A DNA stretch of 64,000 nucleotides, taken from NCBI GenBank assembly GCA_951406725.2, contig OX597823.1:95852001-95916000 (forward strand), given 5' to 3'. Shown here in pieces: positions 41,441-52,292 of this stretch (position 1 is its first letter; every line of letters starts with the position of its first letter). Under the pieces are notes generated by a model. The model worked only from the letters and a program-made list of their open reading frames with translations, was not told the DNA's origin and ran no database searches. This stretch comes from Octopus vulgaris (Eukaryota). The position numbers were made by a program, and so were the translations under genes.

Positions 41441-41984
41441 AGTCTCACGATCCTATTATCTGCTTGAGGGTAGTAGGGGTTCGCAACCCCTGCAATTAAT
41501 ATATATTGCATATAAAGGGTGCAGCGTTGCACCGATAACCAGCTAGTGGAGGATCTGCCTGGGGTTAAACTAGTTGTAACATGGAACAACCACTTTGTTG
41601 TGGCGACTCACTTTACTTTTTAGCATACTTACTACTCTGATCTCTTCTTGAGATTGTACAACGTACTATTTTGCTTGTGGCAAATCAGTGACCAATGGTC
41701 ACTTTGTTTACAACATATTGTTGGCTGGAGTGGAGTCTGGCTATTGCTCTGATGGACAGGTGCTCGTGTCTGAGGATGAGCCAAATAGCTTGAAACTGAG
41801 TCAGTCTATTGATCCTGTTACCTGCTATAAAGTGGTAGGGGTTAGGGTTCCTCCTGCAAACAATATATTGTATATAGAGGGTGTAGTGTTGCACTGATAA
41901 CCAGCTGGTGGAGGATCCGCCTGGGGTTAAACTAGTAGTAACCTTCAACAGCCACTTTGATGTGGTGACTGGCTTTACATTTTA
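41441..41984 (+). mobile_element. Candidate non-LTR retrozyme: 1.5 copies of a 362-bp structured monomer with a type I hammerhead
   Basis: Diverged direct repeat 41441-41622 / 41803-41984. Hammerhead at 41756-41817. Flanked by (TA)n on both sides. Confidence 0.65.
41756..41817 (+). ncRNA. Type I hammerhead ribozyme, predicted cleavage after C41806
   Basis: CUGAGGA(41770-76), extra U, stem II GAGC-caaaua-GCUU, GAAA(41792-95), stem III ACUG-agu-CAGU, then C17. Distal stem I is ACAGG/CCUGU. Confidence 0.7.
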
Positions 41985-42185
41985 TGTGTATATATATACA
42001 TAAACTATGCAAGAGGGCAGTTTATGGAGTTTCCACAGGAAAATTCTTCTTTACACAACTTCAGATATCTGTTGATCATTGAGTGCTTCTTTTGGTAGTT
42101 GTCTTGATTGTCTAAGCCCTCGTCACATCATCATCATCTAACATCTGCTTTCCATGCTGGCATATATATATATATATATATATAT

Positions 42186-42395
42186 AGGGAGAGTTTACGA
42201 AAAAACAAAAGATGAAGACAGGTGGTGTACAAAACAAACAGATGTATTAATATAATGCTCAGGAAGAGAAAAAGTCTTTTACGTTTCGAGCCTATGCTCT
42301 TCTACAGAAAGGGACACAGAAAAAACAAGGAGAGAAAAAAAATGTGTGTATGGCTAACGATCTATCATGGCGACTGCCAGACAGAAGGGTCACAC
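42186..42395 (-). mobile_element. Penelope pLTR-like fragment in a (TA)n tract with a minimal hammerhead-like core; second copy at 62050-62215
   Basis: The two copies are near identical and each starts at a (TA)n run. Minus strand reads TTT-CTGTAGA-A-GAGC-(a/g)tag-GCTC-GAAAC-GTA-AAA. Confidence 0.6.
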
Positions 42396-43028
42396 ACGTA
42401 TATATATATATATATATGGCCCAGCCTTCTGGCTTCCCAGACCTCAGTTGAACCGTCCAACCCATGCTAGCATGGAAAACAGACATTAAACGATGATGAT
42501 ACGTATCAGCAATGTTAACTGCACACATGCTGTTGGCAATTTCATTTCCTTCTTTGGACTTTTTCCTTTCTCCTTTCCGATGAAGAGACATGCTCGAAAT
42601 ATCAAATCCTCTCTTTTTACTGATCATCAAGTGAATACATTTCTTGTGCAAATTCTCTCGTCCATTAATTTTATCCAGTTATTTGAATTGATTGTTTATT
42701 TGAATTTACTATACATACATACATACATATATATATCTGTTTTTTGTCTCCATTCTCTGGTTTTTGTCTTTGTTGTAACACACATCCACCTGCTTTGTTA
42801 CAAAAAATCTAATGCTCTTAGCTTAGATTTTTTGGCGGGGGGCAATCAAATTGAACAGTCTCAAGTGTAACAACCTGAAACTGCAAGGACATCTAAAAAC
42901 TTGACTGATGAAAGGCCACGAATGACCCGTCCTTTTTTTCCTGTCGCTCTAATTGTTACTTTTCCTCTCTGCTTTGTATTGTCTCTCTGGATGTTTTATT
43001 GTCCTCTATTGTGTTTTTGTTCCATTTC

Positions 43029-43066
<38 letters not shown>

Positions 43067-43522
43067 ATAAATTAAATAGAGAGATACTATTGACAATCCA
43101 ATTCAGGGACATGGTTTAAAGATAGACGGAATTTAATTAATTTTTACAATCCAGCTGTCCTTTCACATGGAATTTCATCTATCTTTAAACTATGACCCTG
43201 AAGTGGCTTATATATATATAAGGGAACTGTTATTGTGAATTTATATCAGAAAATGTATATAAGTCGAAACAATTTGTTGGCCTTTTATGGTTTTTTAAAA
43301 TAAATGTTTATGTTAGATAATATTGTGTTATATTATATTATCTTATATTCATAGTATATCTTGTAATATTATAATATAAATAAATTGTTGGATTGTCAAT
43401 AATATCTCTCTATTTAATTTATCTTTGTAATTACATTATACCCATATTTATATGGTATTCAACTGATGTTCCAGTGAACTGGATGTTTAACCCCTTTGAA
43501 GGATTTCTTTCCCTCAGTTTAT

Positions 43523-43580
<58 letters not shown>

Positions 43581-44325
43581 CTACTTCTTCTGGGTTTATT
43601 TATTGAACTGTGACCATGTTAAAAATCCAACATTCCACACAATTACCCACAATCACGTAATTATCTCTCATCTCCTGTGATTATGTATTTATTTCATCAT
43701 TGTCTTGTCTTTCTGTGAAGTCTTCATCTCTGACAGTAAGGCTACAGTGACATGTGCAGAGATGACAGCAACAGGATAGAGTACACATCCCTCTGCTTCT
43801 CTCTGCTTCAGCAGTGGTGGTGGTGGCGATGGTGGTGGTGGTGGTAGGAAGTGCAGCAAGCATTAGAAGGGAAAGAAGCAGCATGTCCCCTATTTTTCGA
43901 TACTGCAGCAGGCGATACAACTGCTACATCCTGTCAGCCTTGCTGAAAGGGGGAAATTCTAAAGGATCTGGGTTTGCAGTGATTTAAGGCATTGATTAAA
44001 TGGGAACGATAATTGTTGGATATCATCATTAGGAAAGGCTTACACAGAGGGGTGTGTGTTTGCTTGCTTATGTGTGTGTGCGTGTGTGTTTGCATGAGTG
44101 CGTGTGTTTGGAAGGATTTGTTCATTGATTTATGAGTGTGAGTGAGCATTTTCATGTGTGTGCGAGTGCGTGAGTGTGAGTGCTTAGCATGTGTGTATAT
44201 ACGTATTTGCCTGTGTGTAACAATTGGTCTCCTACTCTCTCTCCTTCCTTCTTTCTCTCTTTCTCTCTCACTGTATGCATATAAGGATTGTTTTCAGGGA
44301 TTTGTGAATGTGAGAGAAAACTCTA

Positions 44326-44428
44326 GTGAGTGTGAGTGCATATTAGAGTGTGAGTGCATATTAGAGTATGAGTGCATATTAGAGTGTGAGTGCATATTAG
44401 AGTGTGAGTGCATATTAGAGTGTGAGTG
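44326..44428. repeat. 18-bp tandem repeat (gagtgtgagtgcatatta), ~5 copies
   Basis: Directly visible; translates as (ECECIL)n. Confidence 0.9.
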
Positions 44429-44619
44429 CTTCGCATTTGTGTGTTTATGTTTGCCTGTAACAATTAGTTGCCCATCTCCACTCCCTTCCTGTCTGTATGT
44501 TGGGATTCTTGCAGGGTTCTGTGAGTGTGAAGGGACATTTTAGAGGGTAACGGCATGTCTGAGAGGGAATCTTTAACATGAATATACATGTGTATGGTTG
44601 TATGTAACTACTTGTAGTG

Positions 44620-44970
44620 TTTGTGTGTGAGTGTGCGTGTGAGTGTGTGTGCATATGTGTGTGTGTTCGTATGTGTGTGTGTATATGTGTGTGAGTGTGT
44701 GTGCGTATGTGTGTGTGTGAGTGTGCATGCGTGTGTGTGCATATGTGTGTGTTTGTGAGTGTGCATGCGTATGTGTGTGTGCACGTGCGTATGTGTGTGT
44801 GTTCGTAAGTATGTGTGCGCGTGTGTGTGAGTGTGTGTGCATATGTGAGTGTGTGTGCGTATGTGTGTGTGAGTGTGCATGCATGTGTGTGTGTGTGCAT
44901 ATGTGTGTGTGAGTGTATGTGAATGTGTGTGTGTGTGTCTGTGAATGTGCATGCATATGTGTGTGTGTGT
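44620..44970. repeat. Compound (GT)n microsatellite
   Basis: Directly visible. Confidence 0.95.
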
Positions 44971-45595
44971 TTAAATGTATAAATCAGAGAAAGAGTACTC
45001 AATGCAATCTAATAGAGTTTATTCATGTAAAGCTGATGATCAACTCCATCCATTGCTACTCAGAGTTTTTCCCTCAATGCCATCAACTGTACAGTGAGGA
45101 AAGTGGCACCTCCATATGTGTGTGGCACATTCACACACACACATGTATAAAGATATAAATTTATGTAAAATTATCATGTTTTTAATGCCTACACTTTGAA
45201 GCTTGTTGAAACTGATTCTCCATGCCTGGATGCCCTTCCTGTTGCCAACCTTCATCTTTTTCCAAATAAGGATGTGATATTTTCATGACAGATTGGAAAT
45301 AAATGACACTATTTGCATAACAAGGGTACTTGTTTATAATTATCCAAGGAGACAATAATAGGCAAACATACGCACATTCATAGATATGTATTACTTTACC
45401 TGTGGGTCAACAAGGTTACCAATAGTTTCATGTGACATGCTTGATAATTGTTGAAAAATTCCTCCTGATATGAAACCATTGGTAGCCTTGTTGACCACAA
45501 ATAAAGAATATTTATGCCCCAATGCACTACAACAGCTTCTGACAGACCAAAGCCTTGTGAGTGGATTTGGTAGATGGAAACTGAAAGAAGCCCAT

Positions 45596-45628
<33 letters not shown>

Positions 45629-46177
45629 CATCATCATCGTTTAATGTCTGTTTTCCATGTTGGCATGGGTTGGACGGTTTGACTGGGGACTGACAAGCGA
45701 GAAAGCTGCATCAGGCTCCAATCTGATCTGGCAATATTTCTACAACTGGATGCCCTTCCTAATGCCAACCACTCCAAGAGTGTAGTGGATGCTTTTTACA
45801 TGTCTCTGGTACAGGAGCCAGTCAGGCGGCACTGGCATTGGCCAGATTCGGATGGTGCTTTTTACATGCTACCGGCACAGGAGCCAGTTAGGGCAGTGGT
45901 GCTGGCATCAACCACATTTGGATGGTGCTTTTTACATGCCACTGGCACAGGGAGGCAGTCAGGCGACACTGGGAATGACCCATGCATGAATGGTGTTTAT
46001 TGCGTGCCACCAGCTTGGGAGCCAGTTAGGTGGCACTGGCATTAGTCACAACTACAATTTCCATTTGATTGTGATTTGATTTGATTTTGATGAATGTATG
46101 TGTGTGTTTGTAACTGGTTCCTATAAATATACAACAAGCTTCTTTCAGTTTCTGTCTGCCTAATCCACTCTCAATGC

Positions 46178-46544
46178 TTTGGCTGGCTAGGAACTTTGGC
46201 TGGCTGGGAACATTGGCTGGCTGGGAACATTGGCTGGCTGGGAACATTGGCTGGCTAGGAACTTTGGCTGGCTAGGTACTTTGGCTGGCTAGGAACTTTG
46301 GCTGGCTGGGAACATTGGCTGGCTAGGTACTTTGGCTGGTTAGGAATTTTGGTTGGCTAGGTACTTTGGCTGGCTAGGAACTTTGACTGGCTGGGAACAT
46401 TGGCTGGCTAGGTACTTTGGCTGGCTGGGAACATCGGCTGGCTAGGAACTTTGGCTGGCTGGGAACATTGGCTGGCTAGGAACTTTGGCTGGCTAGGTAC
46501 TTTGGCTGGCTGGGAACATTGGCTGGCTAGGAACTTTGGTTGGC
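46178..46544. repeat. 17-bp minisatellite (ttggctggct(a/g)ggaac(t/a)), ~21 copies
   Basis: Directly visible; starts inside a family B SINE fragment at 46135-46190. Confidence 0.95.
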
Positions 46545-46919
46545 ATACTGACATCTGACAGCCTGTAGCAACTTCAAGTCTCTTCTGTTACTGTTTAAAA
46601 TAGTTCTTGTTCTTCTGAATTAGGAGTTTGTCTCTTTATACAAAAGTCCTTATTCATAAATTCTACAAATTTCTAAAGATAATGTAAAACTGCAAAAGTA
46701 GGGAAAACAAAACCGATCCCTAAACATACTTTTATCAATTGACTAGCATTATGACCCGTCGTTACCGGGTCATAGTGCTAGTGCATGTATATATGTGTAT
46801 ATATATGTGTACATATTATATGTACATCTATATATATACATCTACACATAAAATACAAAGTTATATCTTGATATCGCTAGTGATAACAATACTCAAAATA
46901 TATAACAGACTGGAATTGT

Positions 46920-47275
46920 AGGCCCGTCTCTTGCAATTTTGATCAATTGTATCTTGTCCTACCTCTTGTATAGAAGTATGGCTACAATCCAGTCTACATC
47001 TACTTCTGGGGGAACATTTTCAATTTTTATCCGGGACGTCCTACGTCCCAAATATAAAGGTAAAAATAAAATATTTCCACTTTGCAAGCTTCGAGTCGAG
47101 TACTCCCTTGCACGCTCCGTTGACTCGAACCTTGCTTCTATTGTGGCGAATTTACCGCCTCTAGTTAGATATCTTTCATAGTCGCACCAAGACACTTTTC
47201 GATGGTGCTTTCCTCCAGGTGTTCAACTCTTTCTTTTTCTCTACATTGTATACTTTATAGAATTTGATGAGTGAT
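46920..47275 (-). mobile_element. LINE (L1/Tx1-like) ORF1 fragment
   Basis: YLTRGGKFATIEARFES..LPLYLGRRTSRIKIENVPPEVDVDWIVAILL resembles the RRM-region of Tx1-type ORF1; interrupted by stops. Confidence 0.6.
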
Positions 47276-50049
47276 GGTCATACCTGTATTAAAAAAGAAT
47301 GAGGGCAAACACTTATGCTCTTATTTGGAGTTAGTCCTTATTGAGAGTTACTGCTATAAGAGATGGGGCCAGAGAATCACCCTTTTTAACATCAACTACT
47401 TTATAGAGAGTATTAAGTGCATTTTATCACAACACCGAGGGCCATCTTAATATTATAGACCCTGGGCAATTTCAATGCACTGGGCCCTACAGTAGGTACT
47501 TATTGACAGTAAAGTGCAGGATACATAGATCAGAATTGGGACCCTAGACTCATGAGGTCTCTCAGGTAACTGCTCACTGTATAAACACCTTAAACCAGTA
47601 CTGGACTGGCATTTTGAAAGTTGTCCAGTTCTCAACAAAACCAAAAAGTTTTCCTTACCGTTTTCCCTACTTATTTTATAACATGATGCTTTAATGCCCC
47701 CGTTTTTGGTGTGTGTGTGTGTGTGTGTGGTGGTGGTGGGGGGGAGTGAAGGACAAATGGTGAAGTAACCCTTTTACAATACTCCTAAAGAAACATTGGC
47801 TTTCTTTGAATTAATTTTCCTCTGAGATCAACCTTGCCTTTCATTCTTTTGGGCTTGATACAATAAGTACCACTTGAATACTGGGGTACATGTAATCAAC
47901 TAAGCCCCTCCTCTGAAATTGCTGGCCTTGTACTAAAATTGAAACCAGTCTGCCTGAGACTCCACCCCTCCCCAGTTCCATGATACAAACTTTCCTGTTT
48001 TAAAGGAATCTAAATGGAAACCTCCCACCGAAATATGTTGATTTGTATTCCAAACACTGGCTTAACCAACAACGACTAAGTTATTTTATTAAGTTCTTTG
48101 CTATTTTCAAAAGCAATTGAAACAAAGGTGGTGGACTCCAACAAATATGGTAACTGAAGAGTCATGGCTGGTATTTGGAATTTAGTAAAATAACTTTTTA
48201 TTACTGATACCAACCAATTAATTAACATTTTTGATGGAACGTTCTAATTTAGACCACTTTAAAATAGAAAGTTTGTATCATAGAACCAGAAGGGGTGGTC
48301 TCAGGTGAGTCGGCATCAAATGTGTGGAATCTCAGGACGTTGGATCTTATACATAAGATTCCGTAGAAAGGCAATGCTGTTATATACCAGTGCGGACCAT
48401 GTTAGCAGGGAAAAAACCCCAAACAAAACAAACCTTAAAATGACAATGAAAACAACAAATAACAGTAATGATGACGACGATGCATAATGAATTATTAGCC
48501 TTAGGTGACTTGGTGCCTTAGTGTTTTCCGCTTCAGCTACAGAGAGAAGAAAATGGATCATGGACTGAAGTTATAGAGCTGTAAGTATTCAATATGGATT
48601 GGTTAAAATTAAGGCTGAATACAAAGAGAGAGAGAGAGAGAGAGAGATGCAGTTCAAGCGAAGACAGAAGTGTTATGGGGTCGAAAGTGGGGTGAGGCAT
48701 AGCAAGAGGAGGGACAAACAGGTGTGTCGAGGGATATTGAGAGAGAATGCTACACATAAACTATAGTAGCAGCAGTAGTAGTAATAGTAGTAGTAGCAAC
48801 AGCAGCAGTTACAGGACGCAACCTGATGATGAACCAGTAGTTGGCGAAAATTAATGAGTGCAGCTAGCTTATCTGTCAGATGGCTCGAGGGTGTGATGTG
48901 TCGTCTACCTTTGCGCCCAGTTCAAAGAAATCGTTATTTCTGCTACAAATTAAAAATTTAAGGAATTCCTCCCTTAAAAACTCAAAACGTGTATATTCTC
49001 TCCCACTTAATGGGAGTTGATTTAAAACCTTGCTTTGTAGACACAACACCACGTCTTCGTTTTGATTAATGCCCTACAGACAAAAGACAGGAGTAGGCAA
49101 GCGTGCCCCCACCTCCTTTTGCTTGTAGCTATAATGCACTTAATATCTAAGTAATATATTTATATTTATTAATCTAAATCATCATTATTATCATTTTACG
49201 TCTGCTTTCCGTGCTTGTTATCTGTAGTTTCGCACTATTTGCGATCCTTTGCATTTTTTACTTTCTTTCTTTCAGACGGCAAAATGACGAATCTTTTTGT
49301 TGCTCTCCAAGATTGCATATATAACCGCAAACTGAATAATTAACACGGATTCAATCACCAGTTTCAAGCGAAGAATCAACTTGACATCTATAGAATATTC
49401 TTTCTTTCGTTGCACTTAACAAACACACATGCATGAAGATCCTGTGCACCAACAAGCAAAACTCAGAGTAGCAAGAGACAGGCTAAACTAAAATAAAATA
49501 TATTATTAATCCTAACTACAGTATTGAGTACTCTTTTTTGCCGATAGTCCGTACAAAAGGTGCGTGGTGCGCGCGTGTGTGTATATATATTATATGATGT
49601 CCTATAATTATATATATATATAACACATCAAGTACAGGACATCTCTCTCTCTTTCTATATAGATAGATAGATAGAGAGAGAGAGGCGCGTACATTCACAT
49701 ACAGACTTATGTACTTATGTATGTGTGTGTGAGAATATGTGTATGTATTAAAGATAAGTGTTATGCTTCCCTCAGTTTTTAAGTATCAATTAAAAGTCAA
49801 GAACTATAGGCTTGGTCTACCTAATATAATAAATTACTACTACAATTGATACTAATAATACTAATGATAATAAACAAAACTACTGCTATTATTATTAATA
49901 ACAAATATATATATTTATATAAAATAAAAATACGAAAGAAACAAGTTAGAATTTGTAACATTTATTGTTTTTCGACAGAAATTGAAAAAAAAAAGGAAAA
50001 AAAGCTATAAACAAAAGATACTGAAACAAACCTGCCTTTCCCACCCTTA

Positions 50050-51640
50050 AATATGTACCCGCAAAATTAAGAAATCGAACTGATGAGTTTGTTGTATCAC
50101 GTCGTGGCTTCCATAGTAGAGAAAGGAGGAGGGGTATTTGATAGCAGCAGCAGCAGCCTGGTGAAGTATCAGGCCTTTCAACAACAACAACAACAACAAG
50201 AGGATGAAAGAAAGAGAGAGAGAGAGAGAGAAAGCAACCAAAGAGGCCTCTCCCTCAGTCTTTTAGATAATACCAGTTTTATTTCCTCTCCCTCTCTTTC
50301 TCTACATTTATCTATCTTTATTTCGCGCTCTCTCTACATATATCTATCTTTACTTCTTATTTCTCTGTTTATTTTAACCCCCTCTCTCCACATATCACCC
50401 TCTTTCCACATCTGTCTATCTTTATTCTCTCCTCTCTCTATCACTCTCTTTCCACATCTGTCTATCTTTATTCTACCCTCCCTCTTCATATACAGCTGTC
50501 TTCAGTTCACCCTTTCTCTCTCTCTCTCTAGTCTATCATTACTTTCCCCCGTCTCTTCATCACTTTATCTTTATCCCACCCCCACTTTACATCTAGTTTC
50601 ACTCTACCCGCTTCTCTTTACATCTATCGCTCTTTACTTTAACCTCCTCTCTCTCTACATATGCTTCTTTACTTCACTCCTCCTCCCTGTTTACATTTCT
50701 CTCTCTCTTTCCCACTTCCACTCACACTCTTCAGCTTCACTTGCACTCCAAGCAAAAATGGTGGACCCTTAGCGTCAGCACAGACGGAGACACTGACAGA
50801 GGGAGACGAAAAATAGCATAAAGGTGAAGAAATCGAGGATATGTAAGAGACAATAATGAACCAGCAGGAAGAACTTGATAAGCTGAACATTCCTAATCTA
50901 TCGGATATTCCAGAGACTGGGTCGAAACCCCGAAACCAACCGAAAAGAAAAGACCTACTGTTTGACGGGGCTAAGAAGAATGGGAAGTAAAGAGTTACCG
51001 GACAAGAGTGCTTTGTATAATAATAATAATAACAAGAAGAAGAAGAGTTATAATGGTGATGAAATAGTAGTAGACCTACTTCTCTACGACTGGTGTTGGT
51101 ATTGTTCTTGCTTCCGCCGCCGCCAAACCATTTCCACAGCAAGACGAAGTAGATAGTATCTAATTCTTATTATTATTGTTATTATTTTAAGAAAGGGACC
51201 AGTTTTGTGTTGGCCTTTCACTTTTGGTGATCCGTTTTCCTTCTTTCTTTCATTCTCTTTTCTTTCCTCTACAAACGGTCATTCAATCTTTGTGTGTGTG
51301 TGTGTGAATGAATTAGAAAGAAAAGAGAAAGTGTGAATGGGAGAATAATTGTATATTTTGGTAAATATATTATTGTCTAGATATGTGATTAATTGGAACC
51401 TTGTTCTAGTAGTATGTGAGTGTTTGTGTGTATATATTTATATGCATACATATATGTAAATTGTATGTGTAGTTATTTAGAACGTTGATATATTAATAGG
51501 GTTTGTGAGTTTTATCTAGATATTTAAAAAAAACGCCAAGGCGTTAATAGTGTTTGTGTGGATATATATATATATATATATATAGACTGTTCCGTTAACA
51601 TCTACATCAACATAATTGTTTTCCTTGGTGTGTGAACGTG

Positions 51641-51682
<42 letters not shown>

Positions 51683-52178
51683 GTTTTATTGTTGAAAGCG
51701 GAACAGTCAATAATAAATATTACCATAAACAAACAATAAAATAGATGTGAAAGAAAGAAAATAGAAAGCAAAAGAAAGGAGGAAAAACAAAGAAATAATA
51801 ATAATAATAATTTAAGAATCAAACCTTCCCGAAAAAAAAAATAATAGAAAATAAAGCACTAAGAAATAAAAAAAATACAGGGAAGGAAATAATAATAAAA
51901 GTAAAAGAAAGTCGAGCGAATTCCGGGTTCGGTTCTCAAGTAGAGGAAGGGGAGAGTTTGTTTCACTGCTATATAATTATTATTATTATACACACATTTA
52001 ACGAATATATATATATACTCAAATATTTAACGGATATATATATATCTCTTGCTTATCTATATATATATATATCTATCTATATATATATATATATAAGCGG
52101 AGTTTCGGGCCAGAAGCAGTCACCGTGTATCACCATAGAGGAATTAGGAGAGCTCTGGGCTCACTGCGAAGCCCGCAG
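50050..52178 (+). promoter_or_regulatory. Putative promoter and long 5' UTR region of the FMNL gene
   Basis: CpG-retaining and free of recognisable TEs, with a long pyrimidine tract (50250-50730), directly upstream of the FMNL ATG. The TSS cannot be determined from sequence. Confidence 0.5.
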
Positions 52179-52292
52179 ATGGGGAATGGCGAAAGCATCG
52201 AGACTACTCGGCCGGAGTTACGGGCATCCTTGCCCATCCGGCTACCCATGCCCGACCCCACGGAGCTCGAACGGAGGTTTACCAAAGTTCTG
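52179..52292 (+). CDS. FMNL: Formin-like protein (FMNL/FRL family), first coding exon; rest of gene lies beyond the window
   Basis: MGNGESIETTRPELRASLPIRLPMPDPTELERRFTKVL aligns with vertebrate FMNL2 [28 protein letters not shown] as recalled. It has an MGxxxS myristoylation motif and a phase-0 donor CTG|GTAAGT at 52293. Confidence 0.93.

Noticed and set aside
43681-44020. Signal-peptide-like, Cys-rich 79-aa ORF
   Set aside because: Hydrophobic and Thr runs derive from a (GGT)n microsatellite; no supporting gene structure.
50083-50772. 229-aa ORF with poly-Q and a hydrophobic tail
   Set aside because: Translation of (CAA)n, (GA)n and CT-rich low-complexity tracts.
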